Source: the human T2T-CHM13v2.0 reference genome, Homo sapiens. From it: DNA of 64,000 nucleotides. Positions 44,540 to 58,290 of this stretch are shown piece after piece. Numbering within the stretch: position 1 is the stretch's first letter; each line of letters starts with the position of its first letter. A program made the position numbers and the translations under genes. The notes under the pieces were generated by a model that was not told where the DNA came from, did not search any database, and saw only the letters and a list, made by a program, of their open reading frames with translations. Location of the stretch: assembly GCF_009914755.1 (NCBI RefSeq), contig NC_060935.1. The stretch is one strand, 5' to 3'.

Positions 44540-45030
44540 AAGGCATATGGTGGAGAGGGAATGGGGAGTGTTGAGTGACAAGGAGTCACTGACTGGACGG
44601 CACCTTAGTGAAGTCAGAATCCCTACTTCTCACTCATTTGCTGAGTGGGCAAGCTGTTTCACCTCCCTGTGCCTCAGTTTCCTCATCTGCGAAATGGGAC
44701 TAAAAATACAACTTACCTTAAAAGGTTATTATATGCTTTATGTGAAATAACACATGTAAAGCACTCTGTACGTAGTGTGTAGGGGGGCAGTATAGGGTAG
44801 TGGTCAAGATCACAGCCTTTAGAGGCAGAGTGCTTGGGTTCAGTGCCCAGCATAGCCACTTACTAGCTATGTGACCTTGAGCAAGTTGCTTTACCTCTCT
44901 GTATTTCCTTTTCTGTGAAACAGCAGTAATAGGACCAAACCTTATAGGGTTGTCGTGAAGACTAAATAAGTTATTTATAAAAAGTGCTCAGTGACTAGCA
45001 GAGAGTAAGACAGTAATAAGTGCTTATTAA
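44540..45030. mobile_element. Two tandem MIR elements (representative of many MIRs in the window)
   Basis: MIR core (ccacttactagctatgtgaccttgagcaagttgctttacctctctg; gcctcagtttcctcatctg). Other MIR remnants at ~3250, 4350, 6750, 7500, 11150, 13900, 21100, 31350, 34200, 36450, 51050, 55200, 55620 and 61200. Confidence 0.85.
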
Positions 45031-45285
45031 GTTTATATAAGTGCCTATGTGTTATTCTAAGGTGTAATCCATCTCTTTTAATGGGAAAGTAGCATGAAAT
45101 GCCTAACATCTTGGTTTCAAGTTAGCAATGTTATTCTGTGTCCAAATAGAGCATACTTTTAAGACAGTTTAAAGAGATTTTAGGTTTTGAAAACAGTACA
45201 GGCATCCTTTTATAATTTTTCTTTATGAGATTCAGGAAGCTTAAACTTTTACGTGCACTTTAAAAGAATGACATGTCAGTTGTTT

Positions 45286-45287
<2 letters not shown>

Positions 45288-45337
<50 letters not shown>
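45288..45337. repeat. (AC)25 microsatellite
   Basis: Perfect dinucleotide run, 50 nt. Confidence 0.97.
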
Positions 45338-45340
<3 letters not shown>

Positions 45341-48300
45341 CAGCTCCTCTAAATCTGGACAAACCAAGACCCAACAGAAGCCTGGAATTCAATCGGGTCA
45401 TATGTCTCAGCTGCTTGGAAGACAGCTCCTGTTCAGGGAGAGACAAACATAAAGATTAAGAGAGAGATAATTAGTCACAAATGTGAATCATTTCAGTCAC
45501 CCTTGACTCAAAGGTCAGTCTTGGCCTCACTCTCTTCTCTTGCTGTCTCTACTGATTGATTTTTTTTAAATCTAACTACAGAGAAGTGGTTTTTCAGTCA
45601 GTCCTGGAGAAACCTGCTGGGTTGAATTGCCTTCCTCCTTGACATTTAAAAGCTCCATGGTTTGGTGTGGTTTCAATCAGGTTTTAAATGTCATTTGTCT
45701 TTTGGTGCTGGGGGTTACCCCTAGGACAGATAGGAAAGGGTGTTTGGGTGGGGACTTGTTTATCTGGGAAGCCTTGAGGTTTTTGGGGGCGGTTAATACT
45801 GCTTACGAAGCATGCCAGATGCTTAACAACTAATAACCACTTGTCATTTCCTACCGGGAACATAATCAGAAATGCTGCTTTGTGAATACAGAATCTCTTG
45901 CTGGGGTGTGGGGTGAGAACTAGTTTTCACAGTTTTAAATCGAAGTTTATTTAAGGTGCTGATCTGGAAAGAAGGCTCTCCTAGATACAGTTTTGTTTTT
46001 TTCTTTTTTTAATAGATTTTAAGTGTCATGTGGGCACACAGCTTTTTTTTCTTTCTTTTTTAGTCTTTTGGTTCCCCACTCCCTACAAAGTTCCTGGAAC
46101 AAAGTAGATACTCAGTAAACCTTCCTGGGAGAGAGGGAGGGATTTTCTGCCACAGATCACTGAAATGATTTTAGGCGATGCGTGCAATGACATTAAATAA
46201 CATTAGGGCTTGTGGTTAGAAACTGCTCTCCTCTTTTTTTTCCTTTCGCCCTTGGGATTGTGCTAGAGAGGATCTTGAGTTGTACCATGGTGTCCTCTCC
46301 CCTCCTCCAGGACTTGGAAATCTCCCTCGTTTGAAGAAGGAGGAGCAGTCCTCGAACTTAGTGTCTTCAGCTAGGGATGCTGACTAGTTAGGATTTCTTA
46401 ACATTATTTTGTTGGCATTGAGTTGATCATTGAGTTCCATTCCACTTAGTGTAAATTATGTTGCTGTGGTTTCTGTTTTAAACGTATTTACTTGTTTAAA
46501 AAGTGGATTGATATAAGAAAAATAGTATGCAAAGAATAATCATGTAGGTGGCCCTGGCTCTGGCCCTAGTCATGCAGGTGGTTCAACAGAGACTCAGATT
46601 TGGAAAGCCCATTACCAGGCACTGCTTAAAAATGGGCTGGTTTCAAACCATTCACTTTACAGAAGAAATCTCCATATAAGGAGACACGTCCCAGAGGGAA
46701 GGCTTGTAGAGGCGAGCTTAGCCTTCACATTTGACTGTCAGATGTCGTTTCAGGAGGGAAAGTCAGGAGGAACTCCAGAAAGTGTGTTCCTCCAGTAAAG
46801 GGGCAGAAGGAAGGCCTGGGGACAGATGAGGAATGGAACCCAGGGGTGGACAGGAAAGTCACCAAAACCATGGACCTGGCTGTTGGGAAAGGTGAAAGAT
46901 GGGCTTCCTGGGTGCTGGGCTCTGCATTGCAGAGGCTCAGATGGCCATGCCTAGACATCTGCATTCAGCAGTCAAGTCTGTCTCCTCACCCTGACCCCCA
47001 ACTCTGAGCTTGCCACTCGTACAGCCCTTTCTGTGGCTCTGCTTTTGAAAGCGAACATTCTCATTTACATTCTGTGAGTCTTAACACAGAATGTCCTGAG
47101 TGGGGAATAATGAAAATGACCCCAGGTGAGGCCAAGAGAAAGCAGGTAGGAAAATTGTGCTTATCTCATGCCTGCACACAGAGAAGACAAGCTGTGTGAT
47201 CTGCAGAAGCCCAGCTACACGTCCATAAGGCACTGGCTGGAAAAGTCTCTGACATTTCCAGTATTGATTTTTTTCCCTTTCCCTCTGTTTTGAATTGTGT
47301 CCGGAAGGAAAATTGGGGTTTCCGAGAGAAACACTATATACTAGTAACAGCTCTGAGGGATAATTGGTTTCTTGTAATTTTTGAAACTGATGATATGAAA
47401 CGTTCTGGATTTTCCTATTTACCTCATTAGGTATCTTGGTGGTTCAGAGCATGGGTGTGTTTGCAGATTGCACTTTCTGCTATTCTGTATCTACTGGCTT
47501 TGTTTTGTGTGTTATAAGCTTTTGCCCCAAGCCCAGAAAGTTCAATTCCTTTTGTTGGAACTGGAGTTTTGCTTGATATAGAAACTCAGGCTAGAGTCAG
47601 TGGCTTTGAATGGGTTAATACTAGGAAGAGAGGAAACTTAGCTACTACCGTTGTCAATAGGTCATGGATACCTGGTAATGTGTGAGATACATTTGTGTGC
47701 ATGTATGTGTACGTGTGTGTGCATGTATGCATATATATGTATTTTTCCATTTGCTGCTCATATCTGCAAGAGTCCCAGGAGGCCAGTTTCCCCTAGAGTT
47801 TACAGCATATGGCAGAGAGCTGAAGGAGTGTAGCGTTAACTGAAGACCCGGATGGATGGCAAAGAGTTTAAATCAGGCCCAGAAAAGGCAATTATACTTT
47901 GTTGGGACAAAGGTAGGACTTCTAAGGATTCACGGCAAGCTGGATGGAGAGAAGATCAAGAGTGGTGAAGGTAACTTTTGTGATTTCTAAATCCAAATTG
48001 AGGAGGAGAGAGAAGTTTCAGCTGTTCTTTGATCAGCTGGACAGGCTCCTCTAACAAGCAGGACTCCCAAAATGGAAAAAGAGCTAATTGGGTGAACAGA
48101 AAGTAGTAAAAGGAATTCCACATACACTCTGCTTTGAAGGTAAAATTGGGGCCTATCTACACAGGGGGGCTTTGAACAAGTGGAGCGGGGATCTGGTGAG
48201 AAGACAGAGGAGAAGTTATGTTTTTAGGTGAGAGGTCATCAGAGGTTGCATTTTTTGATTTGGCCAGTACTTAGAGAAGAACAGCACTGTGGAATCTATA

Positions 48301-49169
48301 AGCTTTGGGGTGGCCTAGAAGCTCCCACTGGCCACTGTGAGGGGCGAGAATGAGGGGGAGCCAGACTGGGGGCTTCGAGAAGCACCCCTGGGTGTCTTGG
48401 GCTACTCGCTGTGGGGCTCGCTGCCTGTCAGAGGTCACCTCTCAGCAGCTTTGCCATTCTTAATCTCCTTAGCAATTATTTGAATTTTGTACAATTAGTT
48501 GAATACTTTGATTGTACTTTTATCATACTTTATGAGTCTCCGTGGAAAAAAATGGATCTTGACATTGATGACCACAGGTCTTAATATAATTGAGATAAAG
48601 ATGAAAATCAATAGGCTTGCAGAAGTGGCAAATCTTTATCCTCATTGGACTCAGGTTATTGCACATCAGTTGTGGAAGAAAGGAACACATGGGTACCAAA
48701 GGCTGAAAATATATCACCCGAAAATGAGCTCTGAAGATGAGGTGTAATTAGGGATTTTATAATCCTTTCAAGCTCTATGAGGACAGAATTCCTCCTAAAT
48801 CATGGAAGTGTGGTATTCTACACAAGTATGTATTTGCAGGAACTCATTATATATGGAATTTGGTGATTTACTGTAGAAGAGAAAGGAATGGCAGGAGCCA
48901 GGCTTAGGGCATTGATGGGGGAGGCATAAAAGGTAGGAGCAGATGCTGGAAACAACGTGGTATTAAAATAGTGGAAACACTCAGTGATTCAGTGGGCATG
49001 AGAAGTAGAAACTGAGTTGGAAGCGCCGGGAAATTTTTGTTCAATATGGAAAGCAATAAGGTGACTTTCTCTGAGGCTCTTGAAGAGCTATAAGGAGAAC
49101 AGAATTAATGATAATGGTAGTGACGGCTAACATTTTCAAGCACGTACATGCTGGGCATTGTTGTAAGCT

Positions 49170-49635
49170 GAAGGTTCTCAAAGTATGGTCCCCGAACCAG
49201 GAGCTTCAGTATCAGCTGGGAATCTGTTAGAGAAGCAAAGTTTAATGGATTCAGAAACTCTGGGGTTAGGGCCCAAGTGATCTGTTTTTTTTTTTTTAGA
49301 CAAAGTCTTGCTCTTGTCACCCAGGCTGGAGTGCAATGGCACGATCTTGGCTCAATGCAACCTCCGCCTCCCGGATTCAAGTGATTCTCCTGGCTCAGCT
49401 TCCTGAGTAGTTGGGATTACAGGCGCACCCCACCATGCCTAGCTAATTTTTGTAATTTTAGTAGAGACAGAGTTTCACCATATTGGTCAGGCTGGTCTCG
49501 AACTCCTGACCTCAGGTGATCCACCCGCCTCGGCCTCCCAAAGTGCTGGGATTACAGGTGTGAGCCACCGCCCCCAGCCACAATCTGCGTTTTGATGAGT
49601 CCTGCATGATTGTGAGGCACGCTCAAGTCTGGCAA
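49170..49635. mobile_element. MER5A (inside a MIR), interrupted by an Alu
   Basis: ggttctcaaagtatggtccc...atcagctgggaatctgttaga...tcagaaactctgggg, resuming after the Alu with gcacgctcaagt. Confidence 0.78.
49285..49579 (-). mobile_element. AluSq/Sp-like
   Basis: Antisense full dimer. Confidence 0.94.
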
Positions 49636-50718
49636 TGCTTTCAGCATTTCCCCTGGGCTAACTCATTTATTCCTCCTGATAACTGATGAGGACGGTTCTG
49701 TTATTACATATCCCTCTTTTACAGATGCTGCCACTGAGGCTCAGAGATGGGGGTTATTTGTCTAAGATACAAATACATACAGCTAGTAAATGGTGGCATG
49801 AAGACCCAGCCCAGGTCATCTGGCCACAGAAGAAAAATCTCTTGGATTATATTTAAAATGCCCTCAAGGAATCTCCAGGAAAAAACCCAAAAACCCAGGC
49901 AGGAGGAGTTCCAGGGTTACTTTATTTGTTGTTGTTTTCGTTTTGCATGTTCAGCAAGTCAGACATGGACTGTCTTCCTTCTTCCTTATAAACATAACCT
50001 TTTTAAGGCCCCAATGCACGCTTTAACTATGGCTGAAACAGTGCTAAATGAAGAATTAGCATTAGCACCGAGTTTCCACTTCTTCAATCTCCATCTGGGG
50101 ACTTCTCGCGGGTCTCATCACACCCACACACACCAACATTGGCTTATTAGGAACTCTCTGGGCCTGGGAGTAAGTTGTGTTTGTAAGACTTTGTTGTTTA
50201 TCTAGGAAGGCATCCAGGTTCACAGGAGATGTGCACATCATTAGAGGTGATGGCTGGCCTTTCAAAGTCATAGAGGGAAAAAAAAAACTGGAAGTGGCCT
50301 ATAATTTGCAGCCCTGGGTTTATGCCAACAACAGGAACCTTCTAAGACATTGATATCACCAGAAGCAAATGTCTGGAGTGAAACTGGTTAACACAGGTTC
50401 TGGGAAGGCAGAGCAACACAGCTGCCACCCCTCTGGGGTAGGAAAGAATATCTCACTTGGAAATGGAATCCACTCGAGTGCCAGGCACTCCCCTTGCTAG
50501 ATGTTGAATGTGGATAGTCGAGAGGAAGGCCCAGCTGGGTGGAGGCCCTGTGGCAGAACCCAGTTACATGGCCTGAGATTGCCAAGCCAACTGCCCCAGT
50601 ATCTGAATCTGTAATGGATCCCATCTGCTTTCTCCTCTGGGCAAGGACATAGGACACCTCTCTAAGGCAGGAGAGCATGATGTCTAAAAGCACCAGCCCT
50701 TCTGCCAGTAGGTCTGGG

Positions 50719-50816
50719 TTCTAATCTTTGTTAGAACACTTACTAATCTAATCTTCTAATCTTTGTTAGAACACTTCTAATCTTTGTTAGAACACTTACT
50801 TTGTTAGAACACTTAC
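50719..50816. repeat. Tandem duplication of a 21-bp unit (ttctaatctttgttagaacac) inside a MIR
   Basis: Identical copies at 50719-50739, 50754-50774 and 50775-50795, plus a partial copy at 50799-50816. Confidence 0.93.
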
Positions 50817-52162
50817 CTCAGCCTCGTTACTTAGTCTCTCTGATGCTCAGTTTTCTTAATAGTAATCCAGGTGGAATCATGGGAACTACTTCATATGGTT
50901 GATGTGGTTACTAAGTGAGATGACGTACACAAAGTGCCTGATTACATAGTGAGCAGTCAACAAGGTATAAGTATTTGTATCAGTATTTTTATTACTATTG
51001 CTAAGTAAACCAGAAGAATATAATAGGGGAAAGATATGGGCTTTGGATTCAGACCAACCTTGGTGCAAAGTCTGGTCTCACACTTGCTAGTTGCTTCTTT
51101 GAGCCTCAAGTTCTTTATTTGCAAAAAGTGGATAGGTTGTGGCGAAAGTAAAATGTGAGAAGGCAGGAAAAGACTGTAAGACAGTGTCTGACACTGAGTA
51201 AAAACCAATAACTGACTCCACTGACATTCTTACTGCATTGTCATCACCACTAAAACATTAAAAGGGACGGTAGCTAGCAGCCTTAGTGTTTACAGGATTC
51301 CTGCTTCCTGGTCTGTGTGGAAAGTTCTTCCTGCTGGGAAGATGGGGTTCTCCCTGTACCTAGCCTTCTTGGTTATCCGTCTCATCTGGGTCCATCCCAC
51401 CGGGTTGTGAAGGTGCCTGCTTGGCAGGAGGCATGCATCATTGGTAGCCCCACACCACCCATGGCCACCCTCTGCTCTGTTCTGCCCACCTTTCCAACCC
51501 ACCCTCTGTGATGACCCGGGAGGAGCTGGGTCTTTCCTGTCCACTGAAGACTGGGTGGTTTTAGACGCCTTTCCCCAAACATCTTGTTTACATTTTTCCT
51601 AGCTAAGCCTCATTTTTCTGTTTGCAGCCCGTTTTTCTATGTCTTAGGAAAATTAGATACGTCAGCTGTTTTTCTTTTTCACTTCCATCTCCTTTGCCAC
51701 TTCATTATAGTGCGACTTGACTGTGTCCAAGTTCATTTATGGGGTGGGGAGAGGATGCATTAAGTAACAATGGGCCCAGTTCCAAGTCCCAAGTTGCTTC
51801 CTGGGTGGTTACTATTTAGTAACCATTTTTGGCTTAGTCTTCTGCCTGGGGAGGTGGTGGGGTTGGTGCCATCAGGCAAGGAGTGGGACAAGAGAAACTT
51901 GGGTCATCTCCAGCTCTGTTACCATACAGCTCCATCACTACAGCTCAGCAGCCAGCAAACACTCAGAAACTTCTGGAGTCAGGCATTGGTCAGGGGATGG
52001 GAATACTGTGAGGTGAGGTCCAGGAAGACTGGACACTTAGGAAGAACAAACAATGCAAGATGGCTGCCTGAAACCCAAGGCTGGGTTTCGCCCCGCCTTC
52101 AACCCATTTGAGCAGGCTTAAGCCCCACAGATGTCAAGTTGGCCTATCTTTAGGTGAAGTGA

Positions 52163-52860
52163 CAGGGTGAGCTTCATAATTTGCAGAGCCCAGTGCAGAA
52201 GGAACATGTGGGTACTCAGCATTCTGTGCAAGAATCCTGAATGCCATTCTTCTCACCACCTCTAATGTCAACACTGGTGTCCCTGGCTTCTTCTAAAACA
52301 ACTCTACTCACCAGACTGGTGTGGGGATGCCAATCTCCCCTTCCCACTGGCCTGCCACTGCAGCTCATAGTGGGCAGGTAACCCCAAGAGATTGCACATC
52401 TGCACTGGGCACTCTTGGTACCTAGATGGAGAGTGGGCGAGAGGTCCCCATTGAGTCAGCAGCAATTGCACTGCAGCACTGCCAGTCCAGGGAGTGCAGG
52501 ATGGCTGGCACTATGCCTCTCCCCACAACATTGCAGGGTGCATGCCAAGTCCTGACTCTCCCTGTACCGGTGCGGAGGCCTCCACCAACATGACTCTGTC
52601 AGCACCTTGGGAGTAGGGTGACATTGGTGGTGGAGCCCAGGCACCAGGGGTGAGGTGTAGGTGCCTGAAAATCCCTCCTGGGGAGGTGGTGAGGAGGCAG
52701 GGCCATGGGTGAGCTGGGGCTTTAGACCCCAGTGCATGTTCTGTTATCCCTTCAGACTTCACTTATAAAACATAAATTCAAAGATAAAAATACTAAGAAT
52801 CAACTGCAGAGCACCCAACTGCAAGTGGAGGCCTTCAGAGTACAAGGGCCTTAAGAATGC
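52163..52860 (-). mobile_element. MER45-family hAT-Tip100 DNA transposon
   Basis: cagggtgagcttcataatttgcagagcccagtgca end and gacttcacttataaaacataaattcaaagataaaa...aagaat match the recalled MER45 reverse strand. Confidence 0.7.
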
Positions 52861-54585
52861 AAGACCCTTTGGGGCTCCAATTCTCTAGAGAGGAGATTTG
52901 GGGTTCAGTTTGAGACCCATTAGCAAAGCTGGAAGATGCAGCTGTGGCTCGGTTGTTGGAGCATGAATGGATGGGCACAGCTCCATTGGGTGGATGGCAG
53001 TGGTTCCCCAGTGAAGAGAGTCCTGGGGCTTGGCTAACTCAAAAGATCCTTACTCTGATAGTGTGTGCTGAATAAAACATGAGTAGTAGAGAGACTGAGC
53101 CTCACTCTCATGTCTTTTATTGGAATTTTGGAGAGGGAGACCCTACTTCTAGCCTCGGTTTATACAGCTATAAGATAAGAGCAAAATCTACAGACTCCTG
53201 GGGGCAGGGGGTTATATAAGGATTTTCAAGATGCCTTTGAAAGGTACTTTAGCCTCCTGGAAAATGGAAATGGATCTACTAAATATCATCAAAATGTGTG
53301 TGACCAATTGATTTTGACTGTAGGACTGGGGAGAGGAGAGAATGTATAGATGATTCTTAAGACCCCTTCTAACCTCAAGTTTGTGTTTCTCTTATTTTGG
53401 TCTAAGCTATAGAATTTCCATGCTGTGTATTGTGACAAATTTTAAAAGAGTATTTTCTTTATCATTTCTCCATAATATAGGAATAATTACTTTTCCTTGA
53501 AAATATATAAAAAAGATTTTTTTTCCTAAGGTCTCCTTGAAGGGAGAAGACCTAGAAAGGAGAAGAAAGGAAAATCCAGGCCATGATTTGAGGTTTATTC
53601 CATAAGATATGGACAATGTAATTTTCAAATGATTTTCTAATTCAAATGAAGAAAATGGCAACAAACTTAGGGACCCTATAGCACTTATTCTTCTTTAAAA
53701 TATTCTGTCTTTTATCTTGGCTTCTTAAAAATAAAAAATCTTTATCACTAAAATAGCCAGTATATATATTCAGTAAATATTTATTAGGCACCTACTATGT
53801 TCTAGGTACTATACCAGGAGCCAAGGGTACTAACTAAAATGAGATATGGTCCTCACTCCTAAGGACCTAAAATTCTAACAAATGAATGGTTTGAATTAAT
53901 TTCTGTTAACTCATGCTATCACCTGGACTAGGTTTTCATTTCTGTCCATGCCTCAGTTCCCCCTATCCTCCCCCCATGTAGATAATTATAGTGATAGAAC
54001 AAAATGATGAAAATTGAATCACAGAGGCGATCTCTATTACCTCTATAGGTGCATCTCAGAAATGTGAAATTAGGGAGGGTTAGGAAAGTTGTTTTAATAG
54101 AAGCCTGGAACATCAGTGTTGACACTAGATGTGCTGAGAAGAATGACATTTAGGAGCCCATGCACAGAATGCTAAGGGGACGTTCTGAGAACCTCACCTG
54201 GACTAGGTGAAAGGGACCAACCAGGTGGAGACTGCAGGGCACAAATGAGATTTGTGCTAAGAAGCATTCAGGTGGAGTGGTTGCCATCTGAACACACCTC
54301 CACAGACCACTCATGTCCAGCTCAGCTGTCACAAGATGTCGATTTGGTGCTGATGTATTTTCTTGTTTTCTGACCCAGAAAGTCTTGCCATGACCCAGCT
54401 GGGATTCATGAACTTGGCTGGAAGCTAAAGAACAGGTTAGGGCTTTGTCTTTATTGCCTGTGTGTTTCACAATTCTTTGTGAAGGAATTGCTTTTTTTTT
54501 TCCTTTAACAAAGTTGGTGTATTCCTATATGGTGTCACTGTAACTTTGATTTGGTGTTCTATCTGCCATCTTGAAACTACATGGT

Positions 54586-54880
<295 letters not shown>

Positions 54881-56308
54881 CTACCTGATGACCAGTTACT
54901 TTTTCAAATTAGGTCATATTTTGTAAATCTTAATAGGAGTATGAATTTGGTTAATGTGTATCCATCACAGAAATGGGATAGTACCTTTGATAAAATGTTC
55001 TATTAGTACATTTTATAAAGGCCCATTCACTACTGACTCTCAGCCTCCCACTCCTTTTTTGAAGAAGTTGGGCTGAGATAGCAGCTATTACTATTCCTAC
55101 CACCAGTGCTGATTACTAAGGACATAAAATACTGTGTGTATGTGTTTATAATGATTAATGTGTTTATAATGATTATAATGAAGAATGTTATGGTATTGCT
55201 AGTATTATGCCATTTTACATATGAGGAGCTTGGGACTCAGGGAAATTAAATACAAAATCGCACAGCTAGAATGTAGCTGAGCTGGAACTTGAACTGATAC
55301 CCAAGTTCTTTCCACTCTGCTCCATATGCTTCTTTTATCATTGCAGTAGGATCTAGGGTTTTATAAAGGAGAAGGCTAAAGAATGCATTAGGTACTTTGG
55401 TAAGATACATATCACCTTTGCAGCTGCCTCTCCCATAATCATAGGCCTGGGTAATCTAATAATATGACATGAGTGTAAAGACACCAGCCCGTCATTGATC
55501 TCTGAGCTTCTGTGACTTGCAGAAGTCTTAGGGGGCCAACTATAGCCTTTCAAGGGAAGAAAGGGGTCTGGGTGGGAAGACTTGCTGGAAGGCAGCGAAG
55601 TGGAGTGGAAAGAACATGGCTTACAGACCCAGGAAGACCAGGTCTGTCTGCCTTGAGCAGTCTCTTCACTAACCATCAGTAAAGTGAGGACAGTAGCACC
55701 AACTTGATAGGATTGAATTAAATGAGATGAAGGATATAAAGCTTATGATGTAGACAGGACGCTCAACAATTGTTAGTTGCAGTTGCAAGAGGACTTTACT
55801 TTCTCTTTCCACAATTTCCCATGCACACATTCATTGACAGATGCATATTCACTGCTGCTTAAGATTTTGCACGCAGTCTCTTTCATGCTAGTGTGAGAAG
55901 CCCTAAATTTATCTTTTTTTTAAAAAAAAAATGTTATTTCTGCATAGTTTCCCATTGCCTCAATGCTTCCTTTTGTGAGTTTAGATCACTAAGGGCCTCT
56001 AGGACACTGGGTGTCAACAATAGCGAATTCATCCCAAGTTTGTGTCATGCCTCTTCCCTGGTCTGAGGGATGAGGGTGGCGGTTGGGTTTGCCTCTTATC
56101 TCACTCGTTCTTTTGCTATGGGAAGTCTCACTGTCTTCTCCGGAAGCCTTAACCTTCCAAGAGGAAAAAAGGCTTCTTAAACTCCGAGGCACGGCTAGAA
56201 CACAAGTGCCTAGAACTCTGTGCCCTTGCCCACTGGAAGTGGAAGAGGGTTCATCACTTACGCTCTGGAGTTGTCCAAATTCTTATGTTCTTTGTTCTCT
56301 TTTGGCAG

Positions 56309-56366
56309 AACCAGCTTCTTGCAAAAGGACTGTTCTTTGTGGAGGAGAAGATCAAGCTGTGTGAAG
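56309..56366 (+). CDS. PRR5L: PRR5L coding exon 4 (58 nt; NQLLAKGLFFVEEKIKLCE-G), ends at a GC donor
   Basis: ttttggcag|A acceptor and AAG|gcaagt donor. This boundary gives phase 1, which joins the next exon to read KLCEGENRIEV. Confidence 0.93.
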
Positions 56367-56609
56367 GCAAGTACAAGACAGCCCTGGTAGACTGGGGCCT
56401 CTGTGACTCAGCCTTTGATGTCTGGACGGCTGAGATGCTTCTGTCCAGAAGGGGCAGGCTCCAAGCGAGTGATTCACCCTGTCCGTTTCCTCCCTACCTA
56501 GGCAGCAGCACTTTGATTTGAGTCAGCTGCTCACAGCAGTGCAAGTCAGAACTGTGTTTCAGAAAAATGTAGTGGGACGGGGTGGTTTCTTTGGAGACCT
56601 TGTTCAGGG

Positions 56610-56645
56610 TTTTTTGTTTTTGTTTTTGTTTTTGTTTTTGTTTTT
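56610..56645. repeat. (TTTTTG)n simple repeat
   Basis: About five hexamer units seen directly. Confidence 0.9.
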
Positions 56646-57529
56646 AATGGGATGCAGGCTGGTGGTCACCTTTGAAGGTATAAGTTATACTGTGAATCCT
56701 CCATGCTATTTCCTCTGGTCTGTCCCGAGCTATTTCCTACAGGCCTTTGTAATATTTCTGGGGAGTCATAGAAGAGAGGAGTCCTGTCCATTTGCAGGAC
56801 ATTAGGCTAAGCAGGCACTCACTCAATAGGGTATGATTTGATAGATAAAGGGAAATTTCCTGATCTTAGAGTTTACAGTCCAACTGACAGGAAAGAAAGG
56901 AACTGAATGGAGATAGAAACAGGTTCCAAAGGCAAGAATTAGCCAACCCCATGACTCTACCAAGGGCTACTCTTAGCTCCCACCAAAGTGGGGCTTGATC
57001 TTAGCTTGCCACCTCCTTCTTGGGTGACTTTTGGTTAGTTACTAGTTTCTCCAAGTCTCAGCTTTTATCATTTTTGAAGTGATAAATTGGGGTGAGGGGT
57101 TGTAGGGAATATAAGGCACATGAGTGGCGTAACACCATACCTGGCACACAGGCGAACATACCGGACCCTTTCTTTTTTTTCTGCTCCAGCCTAATGAACC
57201 GTAGATCAAACTTACTTCCAGATCCAGACTTATTAGGTGTCATGTCATCATCCTTTTGTTTCTTCCCATTCCCTGGGAAAGACACGAGTGTGTCCAGGAA
57301 AGGGGCTCCTAGAAAGACAAAGTAGGAAGGAAAATGAGAAACTGACGCTGGAAAGTTCCAAGGTCTGGCAAACAGTTAATGCTTACCAAGCCTTGGGAAG
57401 AATAGAGGTTAGAAATTAACCTTTGCACATTTGAGAGTTGGCTGAACCTGTAGCCATTCTTCCCTTGAATACATCGATGACATTTTTTTTTCAACCTTAT
57501 AAATACCCAATAACCCAAGACCTTTAGAA

Positions 57530-57945
57530 AAAAAAATTTAAATTGTGGTTAAACAAAACCCCACACAATATAAAATATACCCTCTTTATAATTTCAGTAC
57601 TTTACAGTTCAGTAGTGTTAATTATATTTACATTGTTGTGTAACAGATCTCTAGAACTTTATCTTGCAAAACAGAAACTCCACGTCCATTGAACAACTCC
57701 CAACATTGCCCCCTTTCCTCAGCCCCCGACAGCCACCATCTTATTTTTTGTTTCCATGCTTTGACTAATCTAGGCGTCTTATAAGTGGAATCATATGGTG
57801 TTTGTCCTTTTGAGACTGGCTTAGTTTTATTCAGCATAAGGTCCTCAAATTCATGTTGTAGCATGTGACAGGATTCCCTTCTTATTTTAAGGCTAATATT
57901 CCATTTTACGTGTATGCTACATTAGCTTTATCCTCTCATGTGTCA
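57530..57945 (-). mobile_element. L1MB-type 3' end fragment
   Basis: tacagttcagtagtgttaa...cattgttgtgtaacagatctctagaac...aagtggaatcatat...gactggctta. Confidence 0.8.
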
Positions 57946-58005
57946 AAGGAAGGGGCTTATTCTTAGGTGACTTGCTTTGACCAAGAATTTAGTGGCTCTT
58001 TTGCT

Positions 58006-58290
58006 TCTTTTTTTGAGACAGAGTCTCACTTCTGTGGCCCAGGCTGGAGTACAGTGGCATGATTTCGTCTCACTGCAACCTCCACCTCCCAGGTTCAAGT
58101 GATTCTCATGCCTCAGCCTCTTGAATAGCTGGGATTACAGGCACGTGCCACCACGCCCAGCTAATTTTTGTATATTTAGTAGGCGTTTCACCATGTTGGC
58201 CAGGCTGGTCTCGACTCCTGACCTCAAATGATCCACCGCCTTGGCCTCCCAAAGTGCTGGGATTACAGGCATGAGCCACTGTGCCCAGCC
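58006..58290 (-). mobile_element. AluS (Sz-like)
   Basis: Antisense dimer flanked by ctcttttgc-like repeats. Confidence 0.93.

Noticed and set aside
48480-48830. Purine-rich non-repeat stretch that looks like a decayed exon (one frame reads ...SLSSLDSGYCTSVVEE..., followed by gtatgt)
   Set aside because: Multiple stops in that frame and no protein family I can recognise. It would need tBLASTx support.
50719-50816. Palindromic direct repeats resembling a mini-CRISPR array
   Set aside because: Eukaryotic intron, no unique constant-length spacers (gaps are 14, 0 and ~3 nt and derive from the repeat itself), and no cas genes.
56361-56376. Alternative GT donors near the GC site (gtgaag at 56361, gtacaa at 56371)
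   Set aside because: Poor consensus or wrong phase. Neither yields the KLCEGENRIEV junction.
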